DNA of 64,000 nt, from contig CP122380.1 in NCBI GenBank assembly GCA_024650005.2, positions 1,760,001 to 1,824,000 of the forward strand, written 5' to 3'. The notes under the pieces are model-generated. The model had not been told where the DNA came from and did not search any database. It saw only the letters and a list, made by a program, of their open reading frames with translations. Source of the DNA: Candidatus Bathyarchaeum tardum (GTDB taxonomy: Archaea; Thermoproteota; Bathyarchaeia; Bathyarchaeales; Bathyarchaeaceae). The position numbers were made by a program, and so were the translations under genes. Positions 1 through 9,424 of this stretch are shown piece after piece (positions within the stretch are counted from its first letter, which is position 1; every line of letters begins with the position of its first letter).

Positions 1-4
1 CGCG

Positions 5-307
5 TCAAACTTTCAGGTAACCTTTTCTTCGCAGCCAGTCAACCTGATTTCGTTTATATCGCCATATTACATCGCCGCGTTCGTCAGTTTGGAAATCCCA
101 AGGAGAAACTAAAACAATGTCTCCTAAACGTATCCACATCCGGCGTTTCATTTTGCCGCGAATCCTGCAGAGGCGTAGACGGCCATCCTGGCAGCTAACC
201 ATCATTCGGTCGCCGCCTAACATTTGTTTGACGACTCCGAGTACGTCGTTAGCTTCAGGTATCTTGATTGCGTTGTAGTCGTCGCGTTTTACTCTCTTGT
301 TGCCCAC
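5..307 (-). CDS. eif1a: Translation initiation factor aIF-1A
   Basis: Motifs LGGDRMMVSCQDG, CRIRGKMKRRMWIRLGDIVLVSPW, RGDVIWRY. GTG at 307 follows an AGAGGGA SD-like sequence; the ORF track extends to 334. Confidence 0.95.
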   Translation of the reverse strand: MGNKRVKRDDYNAIKIPEANDVLGVVKQMLGGDRMMVSCQDGRLRLCRIRGKMKRRMWIRLGDIVLVSPWDFQTDERGDVIWRYKRNQVDWLRRKGYLKV

Positions 308-425
308 GATATTCCCTCTACATTCCTTTTCCATAATTGCTTACATAACTTAAATAGGTTAGTCTTATTTTGAGGCACAAACAACCTTAATAGGGTTCTC
401 ATTTTCAAAAAAAAACAACTATTAA

Positions 426-1199
426 TTAAAAAAACACAAACAATATCAAAATAAACCCAACAGCCCAACAATAATAAGCAAACAGGTGAAATTTTTCGCT
501 CAAAACTATCTTTTGCAGCAACTTTAAAGAGGCATAACCAACCAGCATTGAAACAATTACTCCAACTATGATTGGAAGCAAATCTACAGTTCCCAAAACC
601 AAGTCTTTTAATTCCATTGCAGTTGCTCCAACGATGGCAGGTACAGACAACAAGAAAGAGTACCGAAAAGCCGTTGTTTTGTCAATTTTTCTTAACAATC
701 CAAAAGATATCGTCAAGCCACTCCGGGATATCCCTGGAACAATGGCTACACCTTGTGCCAAACCAATAAATACCGAATCGAATATTCCCATTTTTTTGTA
801 GCCTAATCGTTTTTCTGAAATAAACAATACACAACCGGTAATCAGCAATGCTATGCTTACTGCAAACAAGTTAGAAAATAATGAGGTTATTTCACTGTAA
901 AAGGTCACCCCAATTATTGCGATGGGCACACTTCCTACAATTATGTACAGTGAAAGTTTTCCTTCATCAGTGTTAAAATCTCGTTTAAGCAAAGCTTTCA
1001 GAATAGCCAAAATGTCGTTTCTGAACATCACCAACACCACTATTAACGTGCCAAAATGCAACATCACATCAAAAATTAAAGGCGGATTTAAACCCATAAA
1101 AGTTTGAGCAATCACCAGATGGCCAGAACTAGAAACAGGCAACCATTCAGTTAACCCCTGAATAACAGCAAGAAATATTGCTTCAATTGTGGTCACCAT
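426..1199 (-). CDS. uppP: Undecaprenyl/polyprenyl-diphosphate phosphatase (BacA/UppP family)
   Basis: QGLTEWLPVSSSGHL and PGISRSGLTIS signature motifs; polytopic membrane protein. Confidence 0.92.
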   Translation of the reverse strand: MVTTIEAIFLAVIQGLTEWLPVSSSGHLVIAQTFMGLNPPLIFDVMLHFGTLIVVLVMFRNDILAILKALLKRDFNTDEGKLSLYIIVGSVPIAIIGVTFYSEITSLFSNLFAVSIALLITGCVLFISEKRLGYKKMGIFDSVFIGLAQGVAIVPGISRSGLTISFGLLRKIDKTTAFRYSFLLSVPAIVGATAMELKDLVLGTVDLLPIIVGVIVSMLVGYASLKLLQKIVLSEKFHLFAYYCWAVGFILILFVFF

Positions 1200-1387
1200 T
1201 AACAGTTCACTCGTTTGGTTAAGTCCTGAACAAAAACGTACCTTTGAATATTTAAAATATTTCAGTAAAAGCAGGGATTCAAAAAGTACAGAATCAGATT
1301 TAGTGTCACTAATTATCCCATATATTTTTGAGCAGTATCAGACCACAATTCAAAGAAAAGAGCAAAACAACTGTACATCAAAAAGGA

Positions 1388-3787
1388 TTAATCCATAGAG
1401 ACAGTTGGAGGATGTGCAACCATAACCCAAAGACCGTTAATTCCAGACTCTGGATAGATGGGTTCTTCATCAAAAGTTACTACAGCACCATACCAAGTTA
1501 TGTCTAGTGCATCATCGAAATCAGTGACTTGATAGACTTCTACAGGATTGAATTCAATTATTCCCATTCTTTCCTGTGTTGCAACACGAACTTCATAAAG
1601 TCTTTGTGAAGAACTTGTACTCAGACTTCGCAATATAACGTATCGACCTTCAGCTGAAAACACATCACTCTCTTCCCATTGATATCCATCTATTCTGCCA
1701 GTCCAAACTGGAGACCCCCAACTTTCGGGGTCGTTGCTCACATAAATTTCGATTCCAGAAGTTCTACCCCAATCATAAGTATCATATGAAGGCTGATAGA
1801 TACTTATTCCTGAAATAGGAATTGTTTCACCCATATCAAAAATAATCCAATGATTCTCGGAAGAATCATGCCGCCAATAAGTGTTTGTGCGGGAATCTAT
1901 CGAATTTCCAGAGCTAGAAGAGCCCCCACATTGACCATAAACTGCATATGGAGTTGTCCAGATTGTTCGATACTCGTTAGTTACCTTAAGGGCACCAGTG
2001 TGGTCTCCTGCAAGGCCGTCAAAAGCATAAAGACCATTGTTAGAAACGTCAGTGACCATTAATCCGCCACCAACATCGTCGAGGATATATTCGCTCCAGT
2101 GATGTTCCCAGCCTCCAGAAGAGGGTGAATTATCAAACAAGTCCGTAGAACCCGTTGTGGTTTCTGTAACTACAGGATAAATTCCACTAGTTCCATCCTC
2201 CGTGTAAGATTTCAATGCTCCATACGCCCATTCACTTGAAAGTTGAATGACACGAAAGTCAGTTATAGTTCGAGGATGACTAACAGACTCTAGAAAAACT
2301 GTTCGCACAGAATAGGTATAATACGGTGCATTAGCAGGCAAAGTCAAGAAGACTTGTACATAAAGGTTAGGACACCCATCAACTCCGTCAGAATATTCTG
2401 GCTCTTGTTGAACAATATCACGAACAATGCCGTTATAAATTACATAAGAAAGCTGATCACCATACTGGGGCGAACCGTCAGGTAAATTAAAATGTGCAAA
2501 ATTTGCTGTACTACGAACTGAAGGATTAGATCGTACACTTGATTCAATCCAAAAGTTGTTGATTGTTAAATCGAGAAACCCATTATACAAAGTTCCAGGA
2601 TTTAAGTCTACGTCATCATCAAAGTAAATGTTTTCCCAAGCATAGGATGTCTGGATTGCAGTATCATTTCCATCCCACCATAGCGTAATTTCATCAATTG
2701 TGTTATTAACCAGAAAAACTAACATGTTATTATTATTAAAAATGCTATTATTTCCTGAAAGTCCAAGAGGAACCGTATAATCAGATGCCCAGTCTTCGAC
2801 CTGAAAAGGAATTTCGCAAGAATTGTCATCTATTGTAGCGTTAACACGAAATGCTTTGATGGAAACAGGAGGAATGGGGTGTGCATCAGGGACCTCTAAA
2901 GGTTGTCCAAGCCATTTTAGTGTCCCATTTTGAAGAAGTTCAATTGCAAAGATGTCAGTTTCTAAAGAGTTATAGATATCCAAAACACCAGTGGATCCCC
3001 AATCAAAATAATAGGTGAAATGAGGAATTCGTGATTCTGAAGCAACACTTTTTTGTGAATAAAATGCAGAAACAAGTAGACCTCTGTTGTCTTCAACTTG
3101 AACTGAGTATGAAGCAGTGTCTACTCCCGAAGGTAAAGTAATGATGTAAAAACCATTAATAATTCTAACTTCAGGTGGATTAATTAATTCCCAAGTTGAA
3201 TCTTCAGTATACGTGAAGAACCAAAAATTTTCTTTACTTAACCCAAGTTCAGGTTCAGAATTGTCTCGAGTAATACTTATGTTAGCAAAACCAAGAGGGG
3301 CTTCTAATATTGTGACATGTAAAGCTGAAGAGGCATGAAATGATACATCATAAATACCAAGAGAGCCAATAGAGTAAGTGACATTCACACTACCCCTACT
3401 GTAGCTGTCAGGCATGAACCAGCGAGTGGAAACATCGGCATATTCACCGTCCAAATCAAGGGTAAAAGTCGGGTTCCATTCAGGATGGGAACGAGCAATA
3501 TTAACTAATCCACTAGAGAGATAACTAGTTGTTTGATTTTTTGCGTATGTTGAATTTCCAGTAACTTGTAGTATAGAACCATAATAACCAACAGTGAAAT
3601 CTAAAATACTTTTGATGTCTGAATTCATTTGTCCAATAACTGACAAAACATTGGAAGATTCAGGCACTTCTGAATGCCGAACATTAGTATAAGTGGATAT
3701 TACAGCAGAAACTAAAATAACAGAAACAAGTAATGCTGCAATTATAGAAAACTGACCTTTATTTGCTCTATTACTGCATTTTTTCAA
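1388..3787 (-). CDS. Large pilin-like surface protein / putative adhesin with class III signal peptide and C-terminal discoidin (F5/8 type C)-like domain
   Basis: N-terminus NKG|QFSIIAALLVSVILV. C-terminal SIDSRTNTYW..NHWIIFDMGE..ISGISIY..IEIYVSND..GRYVILR..LYEVRV matches the F5/8C pattern. Last gene of the pilus operon. Confidence 0.7.
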   Translation of the reverse strand: MKKCSNRANKGQFSIIAALLVSVILVSAVISTYTNVRHSEVPESSNVLSVIGQMNSDIKSILDFTVGYYGSILQVTGNSTYAKNQTTSYLSSGLVNIARSHPEWNPTFTLDLDGEYADVSTRWFMPDSYSRGSVNVTYSIGSLGIYDVSFHASSALHVTILEAPLGFANISITRDNSEPELGLSKENFWFFTYTEDSTWELINPPEVRIINGFYIITLPSGVDTASYSVQVEDNRGLLVSAFYSQKSVASESRIPHFTYYFDWGSTGVLDIYNSLETDIFAIELLQNGTLKWLGQPLEVPDAHPIPPVSIKAFRVNATIDDNSCEIPFQVEDWASDYTVPLGLSGNNSIFNNNNMLVFLVNNTIDEITLWWDGNDTAIQTSYAWENIYFDDDVDLNPGTLYNGFLDLTINNFWIESSVRSNPSVRSTANFAHFNLPDGSPQYGDQLSYVIYNGIVRDIVQQEPEYSDGVDGCPNLYVQVFLTLPANAPYYTYSVRTVFLESVSHPRTITDFRVIQLSSEWAYGALKSYTEDGTSGIYPVVTETTTGSTDLFDNSPSSGGWEHHWSEYILDDVGGGLMVTDVSNNGLYAFDGLAGDHTGALKVTNEYRTIWTTPYAVYGQCGGSSSSGNSIDSRTNTYWRHDSSENHWIIFDMGETIPISGISIYQPSYDTYDWGRTSGIEIYVSNDPESWGSPVWTGRIDGYQWEESDVFSAEGRYVILRSLSTSSSQRLYEVRVATQERMGIIEFNPVEVYQVTDFDDALDITWYGAVVTFDEEPIYPESGINGLWVMVAHPPTVSMD

Positions 3788-3788
3788 A

Positions 3789-5078
3789 TTATGCGCCTCC
3801 GTGCTGACTGAGTTGAAGAGTTACAAGTCTTGAAGTGCCACTGGCTCCAAATTCACTTTTATAAATCGATGGATTATAATACATAAGAAGGGCTAAAGCA
3901 GCAACTCTTGCATCAGGAGTCCGAGTTAACCCAATTGATGTAAATGCACCTCCATCAATGTTTCTGTACACTGCAGCAGGAATATAATTAGGATAATCTT
4001 GTGAACGAGAAAAAAGTTCTGTTGCAACTAATTCACAAGAACCAACTAGGGTATTGTTATAGAGTGCACGAGATGCAGTTTGATAAGGATTTGGATACAA
4101 TCCATAGTAATTGGATCGTTCAATTGATATGCTAGATAAATCTACAACCCCCACACTTTTCATGATATCAGTTCCACTTACAGACTTTCCAGTTAGACCT
4201 TTCAAGAAATTAGTTAATCCAGCAGTTTGAACACCATCTTTCTCTATTCCGTAGATACCCCAACTTTGTTCGTCATCAAAAGAGTCTAAGTTACTTACAT
4301 AATAGAAAGGGTATCCTACAATGTTAACCCACGTAAAATTATATGTGTTTACTTTTTGACCTAAGATTTCACAAAAACCACGATAATTGCCAGCATAACT
4401 TGAAGGAATAGGAACAGCTTCCCCAAAAGTGTTTATTATTACAGCATCTTGCACACTTTCTTCAAGGTGAGTTATTGAAGTATTCTGTAAAATTAGTTCG
4501 AACTGAGAAGTGCTATTTACTATAACAGTAGTTGCAAAATATGGAGATAACAGATTGTTAAATTCTTTGGCTAGACTTTGTCCTGTATATCCTGTGATCC
4601 ACCAACCATTAGCATCAGTGCAATTTAGAATGTAAAGAGTTAGATTTTTTCCGGTGCTTTCTCCAATTTTTTGGGGTTCTTCTGTAAATGTAACATTTGG
4701 AGAAGCAACTAAGAATGATGCAGAAGTAGATTTTGATGCCATAACATTAGTATCTGAAATAGTCTTGAAAGCATCATAAGTTACGGAGTCCCCATCAGAT
4801 GAAAGGTCATAGATACTTAAATTATAGACTACGTTTGGGGGGAGAGAAGCAGAAAGGGCCTTCTGTAAATCAGCCCATGCAGGATCATCATAAGATTTGA
4901 AGATAATCTCGCTAAGAACGCCTTTAGCATTTAACGTTTCAAGGGTAGACTGAGCAAGGTCACCAAGTTCAGTTCCAAACGCTTCACGAGCAGAAGGTAA
5001 GACAGCAAAATGGTTGGCCAGAGCAAAAGAACTCAAGAGAATAACAATCACAAACAAAACTTCAACAGTTCGCATCAA
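3789..5078 (-). CDS. Pilin-like membrane-anchored protein (minor pilin candidate)
   Basis: N-terminal MRTVEVLFVIVILL (Glu at +5, then hydrophobic helix); lies in an operon with the T4P ATPase and platform protein. Confidence 0.6.
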   Translation of the reverse strand: MMRTVEVLFVIVILLSSFALANHFAVLPSAREAFGTELGDLAQSTLETLNAKGVLSEIIFKSYDDPAWADLQKALSASLPPNVVYNLSIYDLSSDGDSVTYDAFKTISDTNVMASKSTSASFLVASPNVTFTEEPQKIGESTGKNLTLYILNCTDANGWWITGYTGQSLAKEFNNLLSPYFATTVIVNSTSQFELILQNTSITHLEESVQDAVIINTFGEAVPIPSSYAGNYRGFCEILGQKVNTYNFTWVNIVGYPFYYVSNLDSFDDEQSWGIYGIEKDGVQTAGLTNFLKGLTGKSVSGTDIMKSVGVVDLSSISIERSNYYGLYPNPYQTASRALYNNTLVGSCELVATELFSRSQDYPNYIPAAVYRNIDGGAFTSIGLTRTPDARVAALALLMYYNPSIYKSEFGASGTSRLVTLQLSQHGGA

Positions 5079-5092
5079 TTTTTATTCACCAC

Positions 5093-6295
5093 TTAATTTC
5101 CCAACTTCCATGTAGAAACTTTAACCTGATAGGAAATCCCATTAATAAGGACCTGCCTAAGTTCAGTAGCAACAAAATTATAACCTTCTGAACCAAATTC
5201 TCCATCAAATGAAGCAGAAACTCCGAGTGCACCAACTCCCCAAGGAACAATAATATTTCCTAGTTGATTGATGCCTTGTGCTTTGTATGAAACAACCAGA
5301 AGCCCAACTTCAGAAGCAGGAATTTGTGTTGGCACTGAATGGAACCCGTTACCGTAAGTTAACTGCCCTGAAAAATCTAAATCATATTCTGTAACATTAA
5401 AATCAGAATTTAGAATGAAGAAACTTGCATTAAAAAAAACATTAGCTTGTCCTCCAGGATTATTAATTACAGTGCTGTGAGCAAGAATGAGTTCACCAGT
5501 ATCAAAATTTGTTACAAGAGGAACAATAAACGAATTGTCAGTAATAGTATTATTAGTAAAGTATCCAACACCAGTAATACCACCGATGCTAACATAAACA
5601 ACAAAGGAATAAACAGGTTCATCATCAGTTATACCAGAAAACTCTAATTCTGTAGAACCAAAGTGATTAGTCTTGGTAACATTTGAATAAGAAACAATTG
5701 AAAGGTCTTGCTTTATTTCAAAAAGATGTGAAGTTAAAGTAGCATTACTTAAAGGCAATCCACCCCCATGCACTTGAACATTAATTTTTAGTGGATCGGT
5801 ACTTACTTGTGTAACATTCACATCTAATGTTGGGGTAATATCCAAACCAAAACCATATGCTCCATCTATCCCGAGTAATTCAGCAGCTGTTGCGTAATTA
5901 ACACAGTTATCTATAGGGGTAAGTATCCCATGACCATAGTTAGTACTAACATTATTGTACCAAGTATCAGTTACTTCAGAGTAAACCAGTTGACTGTCAT
6001 CAGATGCAGTATTCAAACGCATAATAGCATATGGACTTAAGGTATATCCACCAGCGTCAGGATCTTGAAGACCAAAACCAGTTAAAGGTTCATTTGTTTT
6101 ACTCCAAGTTGCAGGACTCCCAGGAGATAAACAAATCGTATTTACTAGATCTACTGCTTTGTTTGCCACTTGACGATTTCTGTCGTATTCAAGGGCTTGG
6201 GCAAATAATCCGTTAAAGGTCATCATAGCTAGAAGCATGGCTGTTAAAAGAACTGTAACAGCAATTATGTGATCTATAGTCGCGCCTCCAGCCAT
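5093..6295 (-). CDS. Pilin-like membrane-anchored protein (minor pilin candidate)
   Basis: MAGG-ATIDHIIAVTVLL N-terminus and SPGSPATW motif typical of archaeal pilus accessory proteins; operon context. Confidence 0.6.
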   Translation of the reverse strand: MAGGATIDHIIAVTVLLTAMLLAMMTFNGLFAQALEYDRNRQVANKAVDLVNTICLSPGSPATWSKTNEPLTGFGLQDPDAGGYTLSPYAIMRLNTASDDSQLVYSEVTDTWYNNVSTNYGHGILTPIDNCVNYATAAELLGIDGAYGFGLDITPTLDVNVTQVSTDPLKINVQVHGGGLPLSNATLTSHLFEIKQDLSIVSYSNVTKTNHFGSTELEFSGITDDEPVYSFVVYVSIGGITGVGYFTNNTITDNSFIVPLVTNFDTGELILAHSTVINNPGGQANVFFNASFFILNSDFNVTEYDLDFSGQLTYGNGFHSVPTQIPASEVGLLVVSYKAQGINQLGNIIVPWGVGALGVSASFDGEFGSEGYNFVATELRQVLINGISYQVKVSTWKLGN

Positions 6296-6775
6296 TTAGC
6301 TACCTCCAAAAGTAAAACTAAGGGTACCATTCGAAAATTTCTCTACAATAATTATAGCATCAAAAGAAGTGCTTCTGAAACTTGACTCAACCCATTGTAC
6401 GTTAGTACCTAACACAGCTGATGCAGCAACTGTGGTAGAAACATCATTATCCAAAGTTAAAATAACAGTAAAAACTTTAGCTGTGTCATCAATTGGATTG
6501 CTAAGTTGCCCATCAACAGTATACGGATATGACGCAATAGTTACAGGAACAGGCGAAGCATAAGTAACCGTTCCAGTTAAGATTTCATTACCATTTACTG
6601 ACAAGTACAACTGCTGAATTGTACTCACCAAATGATCAGCAGCATCCTGTAATTCAATAGTTAGTTGAGTTTCTTGCCAGTGGGTAGTCATTGTACTTGC
6701 GACTAAAGGAAAGATTATCACTTGGGTGAAAAGCAAAGGAATGAGTATAACATATTCAATTGTTACGCTAACCAA
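6296..6775 (-). CDS. Small pilin-like protein
   Basis: TTG start at 6775 after a GGAGGT SD gives MVSVTIEYVILIPLL (TIEY pilin-like motif). The ORF track start is 6790. Confidence 0.6.
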   Translation of the reverse strand: MVSVTIEYVILIPLLFTQVIIFPLVASTMTTHWQETQLTIELQDAADHLVSTIQQLYLSVNGNEILTGTVTYASPVPVTIASYPYTVDGQLSNPIDDTAKVFTVILTLDNDVSTTVAASAVLGTNVQWVESSFRSTSFDAIIIVEKFSNGTLSFTFGGS

Positions 6776-6801
6776 ACAAAAAACCTCCAAACTTTACCAT
6801 T

Positions 6802-7683
6802 TTAACTAACTCCAAAAGCAACTGAAACCTCGCTTAGATAAAGCTCTAAAACAACATTATCGTACCCACCAGCATAGTAAGAAGAAGAATCAAATGACCA
6901 TTCAGTTTTGTGAAAGTTGAAAAAGTTTTCATTATCAAAACCAGTTGCTGACTTAGGGAAATCAACAGTAACGCTGATGCTATTGACCTTGTTCAAAGTA
7001 TTTGCCCGTACAGATTCACCCCTCAAAGTCAAGGACTGATATAATCGAGGGGATTCCCCAGCACTTAAAACAGGCAGATACATCCGTACATAAGTTGCAT
7101 TTGTAGTAGAATTAATTGAAGAATAAAGAACTCTAATCGCAGGGGCAGCAACTACTCGTATGTAGTCTCCGTCGTACATTGGAACTTGTTCGACTTCAAA
7201 CACACGAGCGATCGGAGCAGAAGTCCCATTCAAAACCAAAAAATTATCGTTAGCTGGATTGGGATAAAGTTGTACCCAGTAATCATCACTGATAGAATAA
7301 TGATATGTTGGCATATTAAACATTAGAATACCAGTATCGTTTGTAAACACAATTGGGTCTACACTAGTCTCTGTTTCTACAGTCACGGTATAGGTTAGTA
7401 CATCGGTTTCTAATTCAATATCACCATATTGAGTGGCGTAAGTAATTGTTCCAGTGCGTCCTGTAGTCCAAGCGACATCGTCTATTTGCAGACCAACAGA
7501 CTGCATTAACTGCTTTGAAGACGTATAGTCGCTTTCTGCTACTCGCGCCCATAGGAAACTGTTTGCAAAGCCTAGGGCTACGCTTAGGATTGCGATCATG
7601 GCGCCGGTCATGATTACTGAAGATATGACTGGACTGAGCCCTAGTTTGCTGGAACGTTTCTTGCGCAACTTAGTTAATCTCAT
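6802..7683 (-). CDS. Archaeal type IV pilin-like protein with class III signal peptide
   Basis: Basic leader KLRKKRSSKLG followed by LSPVISSVIMTGAMIAIL, the canonical archaeal pilin N-terminus. Confidence 0.8.
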   Translation of the reverse strand: MRLTKLRKKRSSKLGLSPVISSVIMTGAMIAILSVALGFANSFLWARVAESDYTSSKQLMQSVGLQIDDVAWTTGRTGTITYATQYGDIELETDVLTYTVTVETETSVDPIVFTNDTGILMFNMPTYHYSISDDYWVQLYPNPANDNFLVLNGTSAPIARVFEVEQVPMYDGDYIRVVAAPAIRVLYSSINSTTNATYVRMYLPVLSAGESPRLYQSLTLRGESVRANTLNKVNSISVTVDFPKSATGFDNENFFNFHKTEWSFDSSSYYAGGYDNVVLELYLSEVSVAFGVS

Positions 7684-7705
7684 AAAGTTTTTCTCCTTTT
7701 TTCTC

Positions 7706-9424
7706 CTATGCTAGCATTATTGGAACAACTTTTGATGCTACAATGGCGATGACTACAAGCAATGCAGAATGCTTAAATCCAGCAGCTAAGGATTCTTCAC
7801 TGATTTTTCCACAGACTAGCCCGATCAAGTAACAGTGAGTAATAACTGAAACAGTAAAAATCAAAGTCAAATAATCAGTATTAGTGGTAGCAGTAGAAAC
7901 TTCGGCACCCATTGCAACTGTGTTTGTAGTAAACAACAAAGTCATCAAAGTAGTCGCTACTAGCAGTATGGCTGCAAAGTAGGGCATTATCATGTAGGGT
8001 CGGATGCTCATTTTCTTTTCTTTTTCGACTTCTTGAGTCATGTTATTGAACCGTGCAAGGGATTCAATCATTGAAATTGTACCTCCACCTACGTCGACAG
8101 CTTCCAATAGCAGGAACATGACTATTTGTGACATCCAGCTTTTTGTTTTCTTGACGAAAGCCATGATGACATTTCGCATGGGGATACCCCATCCGATGTC
8201 AGAAGACATCTTACGGAGTTCGGCTGAAAATGCTCCGTAGTCTCGTCCGGACAGGTTTTTAATACAAGCTTCAGGGGAAAGACCAGTCTTGCGGGTTTCA
8301 GTCAAGTCCCTAAGGAAATTAGAGATACCCCGTTCCATGCTTGCTTTTTTGCCAGCAATTTTTTGATGAATAATAGCAGGAGGCACCACTGAAATTATCA
8401 AAGTGATAGAAACTGCGATTGGTAAATCTACAAGATTTGCCAAAAACTGCAACGGGGTTTCTATGAAGCCAAAGAATCCGGTGAGCAGCAACAAGACAAG
8501 TATGGCAACTGCTGAAGAGATAGCGTATGCTTTGTATGGTCTCATTTCGCTCAGGGGGCTTTTTGGTTGCATGCCGTGGGCAAGATACAAGAACACAATT
8601 GAAAGCATAGGAGTGAAAACGTAAGTGTACATAATTACACTGGAACCCATGTCCATACCTGTGCTGTAGATGGATTCTACACTGAAGAGTATGTAGAAAC
8701 AAAGGGACATCAAAACCATTACGATAATGAAAGTTTCTAGAAGCATTCCCATTCGTTCAGCTGCTGCTTTTACTTTCATTGATCCGGCTTTGAAAATTTC
8801 TTGGGCTTTTGTTTCAAGGAAGTGAATAACGTCTCCACCGATAATTACGGTTGAAGCATAACCAGAAATGAAATCCCGGAAAATATCTAAGGGGTTATAT
8901 TTTGCTGCTTGTTCAAGGGCACTAAGAGGGTCGACTCCAAATATTTCTACGTCACGGATCAAGCTTCTTGATTCTTTTCGGGTAGCAGGCAACAATTCGA
9001 CTTCAGTAAGCCGCTTGAAACTCATGTAAGGGGGTATACCGCCTGACGCCATTACAGTAACGTAAGTTGCAGCAAAGGGCATTTCCCGGTCCAAAGCAGC
9101 AGCACGTTCACTGGCTCGGGAACTGGGTACAATCATGAACCCAATCATGACGTAAACGGGCATTGGAACTAGGAAAATTAAGGGAATAAACTGGGTGAAA
9201 TAAATCAGAACCAAAGAAACAATAGTCACAGGCAGGGTAAGGGTGGCTATCAAAAACATCAATGAAATGTAAGTTTCAGGATAGATTTTGATTCCTGCCT
9301 TGGACAGGTGTTCTTTGAACTCAAAGACTCCACTTAAGAATTTTGGAGCGATTCCACCGAAAAGGCGATATGAAACTCCCTCAAGTGTTTTTAGCAGTGG
9401 CAGAAGCGAGAACCTCCTTTTCAT
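7706..9424 (-). CDS. Type IV pilus platform membrane protein (T2SS-F/TadC/FlaJ family)
   Basis: Two T2SSF-like repeats (DREMPFAATYVTVMASGGIPPY; FLRDLTETRKTGLSP) with multiple TMs; directly downstream of the ATPase. Start uncertain (9457, 9424 or CTG 9403). Confidence 0.9.
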   Translation of the reverse strand: MKRRFSLLPLLKTLEGVSYRLFGGIAPKFLSGVFEFKEHLSKAGIKIYPETYISLMFLIATLTLPVTIVSLVLIYFTQFIPLIFLVPMPVYVMIGFMIVPSSRASERAAALDREMPFAATYVTVMASGGIPPYMSFKRLTEVELLPATRKESRSLIRDVEIFGVDPLSALEQAAKYNPLDIFRDFISGYASTVIIGGDVIHFLETKAQEIFKAGSMKVKAAAERMGMLLETFIIVMVLMSLCFYILFSVESIYSTGMDMGSSVIMYTYVFTPMLSIVFLYLAHGMQPKSPLSEMRPYKAYAISSAVAILVLLLLTGFFGFIETPLQFLANLVDLPIAVSITLIISVVPPAIIHQKIAGKKASMERGISNFLRDLTETRKTGLSPEACIKNLSGRDYGAFSAELRKMSSDIGWGIPMRNVIMAFVKKTKSWMSQIVMFLLLEAVDVGGGTISMIESLARFNNMTQEVEKEKKMSIRPYMIMPYFAAILLVATTLMTLLFTTNTVAMGAEVSTATTNTDYLTLIFTVSVITHCYLIGLVCGKISEESLAAGFKHSALLVVIAIVASKVVPIMLA

